The notes under the pieces were generated by a model. That model ran no database searches. It was given only the letters and a program-made list of their open reading frames with translations, and was not told the origin of the DNA. Of a stretch of DNA of 64,000 bases, positions 12,640 through 25,090 are shown in pieces. The position numbers were made by a program, and so were the translations under genes. This stretch comes from Hydrolagus colliei (taxonomy: Eukaryota): NCBI GenBank assembly GCA_035084275.1, contig CM068745.1, positions 11,532,001 to 11,596,000 on the forward strand. The letters are read 5' to 3'. Each line of letters starts with the position of its first letter. The stretch's first letter is position 1.

Positions 12640-12790
12640 TCGGTAACCTTCTCCCTCCGTCCTCCTCGCCTCCTATCCCTAATTGAAAAACCCACAGGCA
12701 AAGGGTCGTGGACCCAAAATGTTGACTCACTTTTCCTTTCTCCTTAGCTGCTGCCTGACCTCCTTAGTGATCTGTTTTTGACCAACTCTG
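12640..12790 (+). mobile_element. Possible Penelope-like element terminal remnant
   Basis: aagggtcgtggacccaaaatgttgactc...gctgctgcctgacct resembles, from memory, the chondrichthyan PLE-type terminal repeat; degenerate. Confidence 0.35.
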
Positions 12791-12939
12791 CTCCTGGGAA
12801 TCCTCCACCAGGCTCACCGTGGCAATTGTAGTTGGCTATCCCACAGCAGGAACACTGACTCAAAGCGCCATTACTATATAACCACAGGTTCATCAGCCCC
12901 AGACCCCAGGGGCATACATACCTCTCCTCCTCCCTGATT

Positions 12940-13150
12940 GTTGGCCAGTACACCAGGAGAATTACCCAGCTGTTTTCAAAATGTGCCATGAGATTCTTAA
13001 CATCCACCTGGAAAGACATACAGGAAATCCTATCGGAAAAAAATGCCACCTCCAAAAATGCAGCACCCATCACTCTACTGGAGTGTCAGCTGAGACTTGG
13101 GTGTCCTGATGTAGGGCTTGAACCCACAATCTTCTGATTCAGAGATGAGC
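12940..13150 (-). mobile_element. Deu-domain SINE
   Basis: gtgccatgagattcttaacatccacctg; cttgaacccacaatcttctgattcagag (head, reverse complement). Confidence 0.7.
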
Positions 13151-15309
13151 CCCCCTGAACACATACAGAACATTATTAAAGAACCATGAATACTAAAACA
13201 TGAAATGGTATAAGACTAAAGCATCTCAGTCACGCTGCAGGGGTACAACATGGACTTGTTATTATGATAATGATATTAATGGTCTGTAATTAGTGTCAGT
13301 CCAGCGCCAACCAGCAGTTCCATGTACAGTAATTAGAGCAAAGGTTCTCAATTAGCTTTAAAAAGCAAACAGAAGGCCAGACTGAAGACCTACAGTCATA
13401 ATGATATTAGTAATACATAACAGGAACTGCAACCGATAAAAAAATTGATGTAGAATCTTCATTTCAATTATTACAGTGATATTTGGAGAGAAAAAGACGC
13501 ACAAAAGATCAATTTTTCTCTGTAATCTTTGTCCTTCATGTGAGATCTCACCTGTGAGATATCAATCATAGTCCATGAAAGGCAGTGGTTAATATCTTTA
13601 ATTAACGCACAGTTGTGTAAATATGATTAAGCGTAAAATAGGTCATTCACTTACTGGAGATTTGTGGGACACTGCTATGCGCACATTGGCAGGCATGTTT
13701 GCCTGCAAATACTCAGTCACCATACTCAACAGAAAATTCTTAAGTGCTTTGCGTCGTTTAAGTGATGAAGCATTTTATTAAATGCAACGATTTTTATTTT
13801 GATGGATGCACTCATTTATTAATCACCTAAATTGGTGTCCGTGAAAATTTCTCAAAGGCAGCGGGTTGTACATTTAAGTTATGTAAAGACTGTGTCTATG
13901 TGATTAAGCATTGTTACTGGAAGTAGCACTGCTTAGACTGACCTAATCAATGGCATGCTATTAGCTCTTCATAAAAGATGATCATGTCCATTCTGTTAAT
14001 TATCTCAGTCAAACATCCATTTCCGCCTACATTTGGTAACTAAAATTGTGGACTCAGCACAGTTGAAAAACATAACATGTCAGCATTGCGCATATTGAGA
14101 GATGCATCTCAAAGTGAAACTACATCATGTCTGGGCAAATTAAGCACAGGTATTTAGTGTTTATTTTAGTTAATTGATACTTGATAGCAATGTGCCCAAC
14201 AAATTCTTCTAAGCACAGTGCTATTAGAAGAAATGCAAAACAGATTCACTCTTACGTATACATTTTCAGTCTCTTCCAACTCCTTCACACTCCCACACTG
14301 GCCGCATTGCTATTGTTGGTGTATTGTGTATGAGGAAAACTAATAATAGGGTCAATAATGTGGTGTTTCTAACAGGATTCATTAATAGGGAATTTGAGTC
14401 CATATGGGGTATCAGAAGATGTGGAGGGCAGAATGTTGAATAGAATTCCCATGGGTCAGGGCATATTATTCCAGTGGGAATTATGAAATACTGCATTTTA
14501 AACACTAATATTTCTTCTTGTTATTACTAAAATCAACTTGCAATTATAAAGCACCTTTCATATAAAATAGATGTTTCTACAAAATACAATTGACTAGGAA
14601 TGAAACTAAATGTTATTATGCAGGCAAACCTACGTAAGTATGTACTGTAATTAATCTGCACCACCAATGTCATATAAATGACACCGCAATTAGGTACCAA
14701 TAAATTTGAATTTGGGGTCAAATTTGGATGCAAAGGAGAATACAAACCAGGATAATGTGTCTTTGACATAGCAGTGCCCAGCAGTCCCTTTAAATTACTT
14801 GAATCTTAATGGATTAAATCTAGCATCTAATTAGAAAATCCTCAGCCCTTCTCTCTGATTTTGTTTGTGATTGCGCACATTTCTGACCAGTGTAACAAGG
14901 CTTTTCAGAGCACTGCCCCAAGTGTTCCGTGATTTATTGACTGTTCATCAAGTGTTTTATTCTGTGAATTACCTTGGCTTCAATTACATTTTCGGCTCAT
15001 AAATAGCTGCCTGATATTGGATGTTGCCACAATGTTGTCTTCCTTCATATAAAAGGCTTCTTAAACAAGACAGCTTGACAGATTTTCTCATACAGAATGA
15101 AGCAACATCTTCATTTTATATCTAAAGGAGTGGAAATGGTTGAGGAACAGCAAATGTTGATCACAAACTGAATTTATTCATTTGAAACCACCGCTTTAAT
15201 AAATTAAGCTCTTTGAAAAACTGAGCCTCAGAACATGAATATCTTACGATGCTCTTGTTAAAAGAGAGGTAACACAAATATTACCGATGAAAAGAGAAAA
15301 ATAATAATG

Positions 15310-15930
15310 TTACAGTGCCTTATTGTGTTGGAATGTCTTAATGTACTTTGCAAGGGATTATTAACAATTACAGGGACTGTTTATGAAGGCAAACACAACA
15401 GCTATTTGTGTCAGTGGGACCCACAAACAGGCATGGAATGATTAACTGATTAATCTGAGTGAATTTGTTGACTAAAATATGAGAAGAAACAATTTTCTCT
15501 CTTTAAATATTACCATGGGATTGTTGACGTTCACCATAACATCTCATCTTAAAATGGCTCCTTTGATAACCCCAGCACAACACTGGGACTTAACTCACAC
15601 TACAGTGCGTCCTGTGGAGTCCTATAGTTCAGTGATTTGAGTTTCCTTATTCCACATGCCTGATAAGAATTCCTCAAAAAAAAAGAATTGGTCACTTCAA
15701 TCCACAGCTATGCATAATTAACTGCTGTGCTTCTCTCACAAAAATATACAGTCAATTCATTTTACAGTATATTCTATGAAGTGTTTTGTGACATCTAGAA
15801 TATATGAAAAGGATTATATCAAATATAAGGTTTTTTTTAATTATACTACATGAGTGGTGCTGTATTATTGGAGGAGCTGTACTTCAAGTGAGACATTAAA
15901 TGGAGGATCCCAGGTCCACTGTTCATCTAG
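15310..15930. mobile_element. Cluster of degraded SINEs (Deu minus, CORE-like plus at ~15617-15840, Deu plus)
   Basis: ggagtcctatagttcagtg head at 15617; shared 3' module; Deu remnants on both sides. Confidence 0.6.
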
Positions 15931-16411
15931 ATATAGTCACTCTACTTCGCAGTACAATTCCATGTAGCACTTTGGAGTGGGAGTTCAATTAACAAACAAT
16001 AATTTTGCTTGCTTTTGACACAACTATAATTGGAAATTCTTTGTGAAATAGCTGAGAAAAATTTAGTTGAGAAAATAGCTGTGAATCCAGTTCTTCCAGG
16101 TTTGATTTAACATTTTGTAAATCTCGTTCAAGTTTGGATTTGAACAATATCGGGAGTATATTTGCAAAACTATGTGGCATTCCGGATCTAGTCATATGTT
16201 CTACTAATTCAGGTTCTGCAGTTTCTGAAGTCTCAATTGGGACCATTATGGGTAACCATGAAAAGAGAGCGATCATGCATACAGTGCAGAGATACCCGAG
16301 AGGCTATCTGGGATAGTTCCAAGTGGCTCACAAACCAATCCCTCAGTGAATAGGGATTGTGTAGGATCAGAAAATGATGATATTGAATGTAGACCAACTT
16401 GTTAAAATATA

Positions 16412-17041
16412 CAGGTAGACCTTGCTTAACGTTGCTTCGGTCAACGTTGTTTCGTTATTACGTTGCTGATACATAGGGAACATATATCCATTTAACGTCC
16501 CAACGTTCACTATTAGATCGTTCGCCAGTGGGTGGAAACAAACTATTGTACTGTACTCTGGGTAGCATAGGCTACCATCTGATATCCTTACGCAACAGCC
16601 ATCCAAAGTCTTAACGTTGCCATTTTAAGTTTGTGTGCAGTGTGACATCGGTAATATTTTTTTTAATCGTGATTCATTTGTGCAATTCTCTATAAACATG
16701 ATTCAAAAACGCCCAGGAAGTGACAATTGTGAGTCTGGTAGGAAAAAAAACAAGAAAACTATTACTCTCAAAATGAAATTAGATGTTTTAACCATAGTGT
16801 AGATGTTTTGATGCCATGAGTGTTATGTTATTTAATTTTTTTAAATATTTTACATTTATGAATGTACATGTATTTTAACTTATGATGTTTTTTAAAGAAA
16901 ATGATGACAATAAATGTCCAAAAGAACCTAACTCCAGTTTATACATTAATTCTTATGGGAAAAATGGGTTCACTTAACTTCATTTCGCTTGAAGTCGCAC
17001 TTTTCAAGAACACAACTACGATGCTAAGCGAGAAATACCTG
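16412..17041. mobile_element. Non-autonomous Tc1/mariner (Tigger/pogo group, MER6-like) MITE
   Basis: Imperfect 23-bp TIRs CAGGTAGACCTTGCTTAACGTTG / CGATGCTAAGCGAGAAATACCTG (16/23 match), TA flanks on both sides (16410-11, 17042-43), subterminal AACGTTG repeats. Confidence 0.8.
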
Positions 17042-19144
17042 TACCTATACATATTTTTAATGCTACAAGTTTGATGCAATAAATTTAATGCAAATTTAAT
17101 GCAAATCCATCCTGAAGGAATCAAAACAGTTTTAATTAATGTGCCAAGTAAGCACAGAGAAGGTAATACAATTATGCATTACTCACATCTGTAGCATGCC
17201 TGATATAACTCATAATCTCCCAATGGATAAATTATAAAATTCAGTTATAATACTCCATCCCTGATTCAAGCCAGCATTTTAAAAAAATTGGCCCAAAGTA
17301 TTTCTTGTCTCTAACAATGGATATGTCATTTCCAACAAAATGGTCATTCAATCATCTATAGGGTTCAGTTGGTGTTGAGGTAAAATAGGTAACGATGGTA
17401 ATTTCACCATGAGAGATGTTGCTTTGTTCATGCCCGTATTGAGATTTTTAATGCAAAATACCTCAGGTAGCACTATAAAATTTTAAAAAAACAACACATG
17501 GCAAAGTGTTTACTTGTTGCTCTTACCAACAGCACAAGGCAAATTGACATTTAAACTTCTGTACCCAGTGAACATCTTGTTCACTCAATCCCTCAATCTA
17601 CCCGCATTGATTTAAATTTGTTGTCCATAAAACAAATTGCCGAATTCTAATATTTATGATGGTTATATTCTTTTTACAATGTTTATACTGCCAGTAGATA
17701 TCTGAGTGCTTCCAACTCCAATTCCCCTAAAATAACTGAACCAATTTCATCAAAACTAGCCACCCAATAATCTATTCAATGGCTTGTCATTGTTAACTTT
17801 TATATGCTACAGCACTGTTAATCTCCAATCTGATTTGTTCTTTGGTCATTCAGATAACTGACACATGAAAAAGAACAACAAAATTACATTTAGACTTATA
17901 GTCTAGACTTCAGACTTCCAGCTAGTTCATACTACTCCATGTTGACAGAAGTTCTATATTGACTCAAAATCTTCAGAGGCTGATCAATAATAACAGCCTA
18001 GTCATTTACCTTCTCCGCCTCTGCTAATTGGCGTGTCATGCTGCGTTGCTAACTTGTCTAAAGAAAGCAAGATTGACTCCTTTAATTATCCTTAGATATA
18101 TTCTCTTTGTGTGCTTGAAATATTTGGTATTTAACTGCCTTTAAATTTAATGGAAGTGTTTAATTGTTTTTTTCTTGAATTCCTTAATGGACCTAAGACT
18201 AAGACCATGAGTAACATCTCAAGGAAATGGAAACTAAAATCTAAACCACCTGGGTAGAAACATGAAATTCCATCTGCTCTTAGCCTGTAAAGCCATTTTG
18301 TCTGAAAAGTTGTGATAGGGCCAAATTCTTAAATTTGGAAGTCAGTTTCCTTAACAAATACTGGTTTCCGATTTAACACTTAATTTAAGAATTTTCCATG
18401 ATTCTGCAAATTCTTACCAGTTTATACTAGGTAGAATGTTCAGCCTCTAGGCTTCATTGATTCATGTAGAAAACTGATCTGAAACACAACAAACCTGCTC
18501 AACAAAGGTAACAGTAGTAAATCGCTATTTATGAAAATCCTGGCTTTCTTCTTTCACACGTTAATGGACAAATTGCATCTGTAATGTTCTGGACTATTAA
18601 AAGTACAGTAATATAAGAAAGATTCAAGTACCGGTAAGTTCTATTGATTATTTATTTTGATCCATCTACATTATGCCATAACTGACAAGTGCAAAAGATC
18701 AGAGAATAAACAGAGTCCTATGTAAAGTAGATAGATTCACCTCTTGACTCTGCTATACCAAACTAACAGACTTGACAGCTATATGGTATTTTTGCATAAC
18801 TTATTTTTAGTGATCAGTATTTCTGCACTATACTGTCCTGAAGGATTTTACTATTACATAGCTGAGACAGCAACAAATAACAGAGCAATGTGGCGAGGTA
18901 TTAATAAAAACCATTGATTTACAGCTTGCGTAAAATACATGGAAACACCATTGATTAGTTCTTTACATTCAATGAAAGTGTTGTACTAAAGATAACCTAA
19001 ACAGTACTGCAGAAAGCTTAGGGTGCATTTTAACAACTGAACCTGATCTGCAGCTCTGATATTTTTTGCTCCAAACCGGGCTTGGAATTTTGGAAATATC
19101 GATCCCCTTCCTCGATACTTAACCATCTTACTTAAAAAGGGCAA

Positions 19145-19360
19145 CAATAATAAAAACAGCAACTTGCATTTATTTAGCGCCCTCCGTGCCAGGCAGCATC
19201 TCAGGACATTTCACAATAGCGGAGCCCGAGACAGAGCCAGGGGGAGAGGGAAAGTGACCTTACGGTCGAGGAGAAGGGTGTTCAGACGCAACCTGAAGAT
19301 GGAAAAAGAGGGGGGTGAGGCAAAGGTGATGAGTGAGGAAGTTCCAAGGTTTCAGGGCAA
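19145..19360 (-). mobile_element. L2 LINE 3' fragment
   Basis: aacttgcatttatttagcgccctccgtgccaggcagcatctc tail followed by ORF2 end (ggtcgaggagaagggtgttcag). Confidence 0.75.
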
Positions 19361-19849
19361 ACATTATTATGTCAGCACTTTCATCTGAAAGTCTATTTTT
19401 CCCAGCAGAAATGGTTATGGTCTTCCTGTGATTAATCCTCCCTGGTAGACACCTACATATAATGGTTGCAGCTATTCAGAATGACATCTATCTCTTGTAA
19501 ATATTATTCAAACAGTGATTTAGCACTGGTTTTCCTGTATTTACCTCCCATGCCAAACCACGTATTTTTGTTGACCATAAATCTAGTATAATAGTGCAGC
19601 GTTTGGCTCCATACTTAAAATGGAAAAACAACTTGCACAGAAAAGCTGGCTCCAAAAACCTTGAGTACCAGACTGAATCCTGACTGATTGTTCCTATTAT
19701 GTTTCTAGGTTACCAGTGATTTGATTTAAGAATGACCAGTTTCGAATACGATGAAACAGAGACTCCTCATTAAATCCACAAACTACAGGGGGATGTGTGG
19801 CTCTATTCCATTCCTTCAGTGAATAGAACAGTTAATAGCATTGACATCA

Positions 19850-20025
19850 GCACAAACCAATCACTGAGGACAGGGAATCATCTCACTCAGCTCCTGTTAA
19901 CCCTGCAGCCAAAGCCCTAATGTCCTAGCTGGACGAGCTTGGGAAAGCTTGCCAGGCAACAACAACAACAACTTCGATTTATATGGCGTCCTCCACACTA
20001 GCAGTGATATCAATGGCAAGCTTCC
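19850..20025 (-). repeat. Unidentified interspersed repeat module (copy 1 of 4), split by an L2 tail at ~19958-19998
   Basis: Similar to 35487-35625, 41221-41322 and 63820-63888. Confidence 0.65.
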
Positions 20026-20059
20026 ACTGGTTGGTGGGTTGGTAAATAGTTGTTAAAAG

Positions 20060-20298
20060 AACAGAGAGGAATTGAGAAGAATTTTTTTTACACAGCGTGT
20101 TGTTCGGATCTGGAATGCATTGCATGAAAGGATGGTGGAAGCCAATTCGATGACAACGTTTAAGAGAAAAGTAGATAATTATTTGGGGAGGACAAGTTTC
20201 CAGGGCCATGGGGAGAGAGCAGGCAAGTGGGATTGATTGGACAGCACTTTAAATGAGCCAAATTGCCTCCTTCTGTGTTGTATAATTCTATGATTCTA
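20060..20298 (+). mobile_element. CR1 3' end fragment
   Basis: gagaagaattttttttacacagcgtgttgttcggatctggaatgc...; tail aattctatgattcta. Confidence 0.85.
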
Positions 20299-20528
20299 AG
20301 CTATGCGGTTTTAGCAATTGAGAATCCAGCATTGCCCCCAAAACACACTTTAGAGTTTGCAAACCTAGGATTTTTGCCAACCTACACCAAATTCTTTCTG
20401 GAATTGGATAAATTCCCAGTACGGTATATAGTTTGGGACCCGACATGTCAAGCCTGGATAGTGGAAGGCAAACTGGATGGGTCATTGAGTCTTTTCTCAT
20501 CCAACAAATTCTTACGTTAAGCATCACT

Positions 20529-20665
20529 GGAGTCTTGTAGCTCAGTGGTTAGAGCATTCATCTTACAAGTGAGAGACCTGGGTTCGATTCCCTGCAGGTC
20601 AAGGAGAAACCTTAGGCAAGTTTCCTCACTCTACATGCCTAATAATAATCCCTCAAAAAATAAGA
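20529..20665 (+). mobile_element. CORE-like SINE 5' half (tRNA head)
   Basis: ggagtcttgtagctcagtggttagagc...ggttcgattccc, with intact A and B boxes. Confidence 0.85.
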
Positions 20666-20879
20666 GGCAACTTATCTCCTCCAGCAAATTGGAGCCAAAA
20701 CTTAGTTAAGGCTTCGTTTTACTCACCTCATACACCGTCAAGGCCACCTGTGAGCCTCACTTTGATGGGGTTGGGGAAGAGAGAGCGAGGGAGAGAGTAA
20801 GAAGGTCTTTTGCACGGTTTCTGTAACATTGACAGTATACAGTACTCTGTAATAGTAAAAATGTGATACTCAATTTAAA

Positions 20880-21176
20880 GGAGTCCTATAGCTCAGTGGT
20901 TAGAGCAGTCGTTTTACAAACGAGAGACTTGGGTTCAATTCCAGACAGGTCAGGGCGAAATCTTATGCACATTTCCTTACTACACGCACCTAATAATAAT
21001 CTTTCAAAAAATAAAACAATAATAAATTGCTAATTTCAATATATGACTGTTGTTGGACATTGCTATGTGCAATTAGCTGCTGCGTTTTGCCCACAAGTAC
21101 ACTTTACAGTATATTCTGTGAAGTTCTTTGAAACTTCTAGAAAAGCACTATATAAAATGCAAGGATTATTATTATT
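20880..21176 (+). mobile_element. CORE-like SINE, full-length short form
   Basis: tRNA head, shared 3' module, aaatgcaaggattattattatt tail. Confidence 0.88.
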
Positions 21177-21659
21177 GTCAATTGTTATGCTGCCTTGATA
21201 CTTCAAAAACTGCACAGCAAACAAAGTTAATGATGATAGCATGTGGGATGTCCTTGAAGCTTCCTCAGACTAACACTTCTCTCTCCTTTTGTCAATGACT
21301 CCTATTTTATGAAAGGAATTCAAAATGCACTTCCACAGATTAACCTATTATATTTTCAGTGAGTGGCAGTCTGTCACTTTTGTTTCCTCTCAGTAAATTT
21401 ATGGCACTTTCTGTTTTGGGAGATGACTAATAGAGTTATGGGATTTCTGGCATGTGCTCTTCTGACCTTCAAAAATAAATTGAATCACTCAAAAGAACGA
21501 AGGGTTGTCATCTTTTAAATGGATTTAGTAAAGCATAAAGGTCAAAGGTTATATTTGTTTAAATGCCTAAGTGCTTTTACTATTATAAATTGTTTGTAAG
21601 CTATTTCACAATGGAAGAATACTGCTGTCTGGTCTTATTACACTATCTAGTGTGTTGTG

Positions 21660-21915
21660 ATAATAATAATCCTTGCATTTGATATACCACCTTATCATGT
21701 CGTCAAAATGTCTCAAAATGCTTCTCAGGATTTTTTGTGTGAAGTTTATCAATTGTGTATTGTAGGCAAATGCAAGAGACAATTTGCACGGAGCAGTGTC
21801 CCACAAACAGACACAAAGTGAATGACCAATATTAATTGGAGGATTGTTAGCCAATATGCCAGGAGAAACTCCCTACTCCTTAAGAATAATCTTTAATACC
21901 CACCTGAACAGATAG
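21660..21915 (-). mobile_element. Deu-SINE 3' part
   Basis: Tail plus gcagtgtcccacaaacag and ccacctgaacaga. Confidence 0.65.
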
Positions 21916-22569
21916 ATATAGACAAGATAGATATAGAAGATTCTATATATGTAAAGACATTCTTGTGTAAATATGGAAGCATTTGTTAGTTAATTTTCTG
22001 CATTAGATTGTGTGCCACGAGCTTACACTTGGGTAATTCAAACCAGATTTCACCTGACTAATCTAATATATTTTCCTGTAATGTAATTGGTGTGAAATTT
22101 GTTCGTGCAGAAGTAATTTATGCCTCTAATTTATCTTTTTTTCTACTTCCCACACAAAGCAAAGAGATCCCTCTGACAGGGATCACCGTCACTGAGAGGC
22201 TGCCGGTTTCAGTTATCATTGTGAGTTGCATCCCCTTATAGTGAAGTGATACATGCTATGTGATACATGCCACTGCCTATGGCATTTTCAACAGGGCAGC
22301 AATTAGTTTCTGGGAGCTCCAGACAGCAAACTGTAGAAGTTTTGCTGCACTTCCAAATGGGAAGAAAGGGCGCCCACGTATTTACAGTATTATAAATCAA
22401 ATGCAAGGATAATTATTATTATTTTCTAAGGTGAAGGAGTCTTACTGCTGCAAACTGGTGGTCAATTCTATTTCAGACTGGGAGATGAAACCCAATCTTG
22501 CACACTTCAAAGACGTGATAAGAAGCTTTATCAAATGCAACGATTATTATTATTATTTATTATTATTAT

Positions 22570-22706
22570 TCAAGCCATCCACATTGCTTTTCCCCATTTG
22601 GCCTCTGGATGGATATCCATGTATCCATTGCACTCGCTTCGCAGCGCTTTGGGATTTCCTCCTGACGTGAAAGGCGCTCTATAAATGTAATTTTGTTGTT
22701 GTTGTA
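22570..22706 (+). mobile_element. L2 3' tail
   Basis: cagcgctttgggatttcctcctgacgtgaaaggcgctctataaatgtaattttgttgttgttg. Confidence 0.75.
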
Positions 22707-22789
22707 GCTCTGTATTATTAGGCCAGGCGGTATCGGTGAGGAACTGTACCCGAGTTATAATTGCTGACACCAACCTATTTTCATCAGGG

Positions 22790-23130
22790 ACAATAATCCT
22801 TGCATTTGATATAGCCTTTCATCACATCTTCAAAGCGGTTCACAGAATATACTGCATATTTTGTGGGAGAAACACGGCAGCCAATTGCGCACAACTGGGC
22901 CAACAAACAGTCATGGTTTGAGTGACCAAATTATTATCATTATTATTTTTGTGAAGGCATTATTCTACCCGGAAAAGCTGTCAGTATCAACTATCGACTA
23001 ATAGCCCAGTTCCTACTTGCTGCCAAGTGAACAGAGGCGTGTGGAGTAAGGAAAGCTGCCCAATGTTTCGCCCTGCTGGGAATTGAACACAGGTCCTCTT
23101 GTGTGTAAGTGCTCTAACCACTTAGCTAGA
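22790..23130 (-). mobile_element. CORE-like SINE, long form
   Basis: Tail, shared 3' module, aacagaggcgtgtggagtaaggaaagctgcccaa, tRNA head (reverse complement). Confidence 0.85.
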
Positions 23131-24919
23131 ATAATAATAATAATAATACATTTTCTAGACATCTCAACGCTTCACAGAATATACTGTAAAGTGAATTGAC
23201 TATGTATTTGTGCTCTGTTATGTAATAATAATCTTTACAAATGATATAGAGCCTAAAAAGTAAGTCTCATAATGCAGAGCAGCTTGCTACTCCATCCTAT
23301 GCCTATGTTTTACTTACTATAACAACAATAATGTGTGCATTTGAAATAGCATCTTATCTCATCATTGAGAGGTCTCAAAGCGCTTCACAGAATATATTGT
23401 AAAGTCGATTGATTATATTTTGCGGGTAAAACGTGGCAGCCAATTGAAGTATTAAATTATTACAGAGATTATACACATGTAACATGAAACAGCCACAATT
23501 TTGTGCTACGGAAACAGCCATTCAAGTGAGCATTACCATAAAATTTATTCACATCCAAGATTGGAAGTTTCAGAATTGGTAGCTGCTAGATATTCCGAGT
23601 ACAGAGCTAATCCCCAAGATTGGTGAAACATGAAATTGTGTTGTCAAAGAGTTAAAGAAATACATTGCACCAGTCTTTCTTTTTACTTTCTCTGCTTATG
23701 CCTCAAGGCAGGAAAATCCCCATTGAGAAGTCAGCCTACTCTCACACGTAAGCTCTGCTGCATAAATGCCATTCTGAAGGCGAACACATAATCAGATACC
23801 TCCACTTTAAAAGCTGCTGCCAGCTACAACCTATTGACGTTTAATGGAAAAGCTGACAATGGTTGCTGGGATAAGAGAAATAAAACCATCACATGGGACC
23901 GTCTGCTCCATCTGATCAGCAGTCAGTCATGTCAAACAATCAGTTTGTAGGTTTTAATATGCGTCAGAGATAAACAAGAAGGTTAAAGAGAGCAGAATAT
24001 CTGCGTCACCATAAATTCTATCAGACAGCCGCCATTAGGAATATTTATGAGCTCTAGACTTAGAGTCATCTGTAATGCAATTCCAGTTTATCTAATTGAG
24101 GAACGAGTACAAAAAGAGCCTACTTCTGCACGCTAGCTTCAACTTTCCCCCCAGTTACTTAATTTGTTCAGTGCAGGAAGTCAAGGTAACAAATTAAATT
24201 TATTGATTATTTGGGGATAATTTAATCTTGCCCAAATCCACTCCAGTCGCTTTCACCTCACGTGCCTGTTAGCAGAGTCTAAAAATAAAGGGTATAAGTG
24301 AAATTAACCATGGTTTGTATTTAGGAAGCCAATGCTTGTGTAATAAAAAATAGCTATTACAGTAATCAATATTAATCAGCCAGGATTCTGTACAAACCAT
24401 CTCTCAATCTGCTTGTGTTGAGCAAACATTACTGTATAACAAGGGTGAGTGATCTATTGTACAACCAGTTTAACCAACCCATGCAAGTCAGACTCAAGAC
24501 CAAACTATTAGAATTGCCATTGCAATGTCTCATCGGTGCTGGGAACAAACAGCAGTTAACTCTTTGCACTGAGTTTTGTAAAATGTAATCTTTTCCCAAA
24601 ATCATGTAATTTTACCAATTATAAAGTGAACTATAGCAATAACAAATTTGATTCCTATGCGTTGTTCGAACAGACGCATACAGTCGTAGGATTCCCAGAG
24701 GTCAAACAGTCTTCGACATGAGACATTTGCTTTAAAATGTAAATATGGAACAAAATGTTCATTAGCACGAGTGAACAGTAGATGTTAGATCAAACCTTCC
24801 TGCAGTAACCTAAAACTATTTCATTTTAACCAGAGTGAATTTCAATTGTAGTTTCACAAACATTTCCCATTTCTTAAAAGATTTCCTAACCATAAATGTG
24901 GCTAAACAAATTTTTTTTT

Positions 24920-25090
24920 AAATCTGGTCACTCAATCAATAACTGTTTGTGGGACAAGGCTGTGTGCAATTGCCTGTTGAATTTCACCCACAAAATACAC
25001 AGTCAATTCACTTGATCAATATATTCTGCGAAGAGCTTTGTGACGTGTATCAAATATATCAAATGCAAGGATTATAAATATTATTATTAT
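24920..25090 (+). mobile_element. SINE 3' module
   Basis: actgtttgtgggacaaggctgtgtgcaatt...aaatgcaaggattat. Confidence 0.75.

Noticed and set aside
15989-16276. 95-aa minus-strand ORF with a coiled-coil-like stretch (ERDLQNVKSNLEELDSQL)
   Set aside because: No recognisable family motif or splice signals; could be chance or a decayed TE. A BLASTP/HMM search would settle it.
20529-20600. tRNA-like sequence with intact A and B boxes (also 4189, 20880, 36761, 48690-48762)
   Set aside because: Continues directly into a SINE body and has no proper acceptor stem; these are SINE heads, not tRNA genes.
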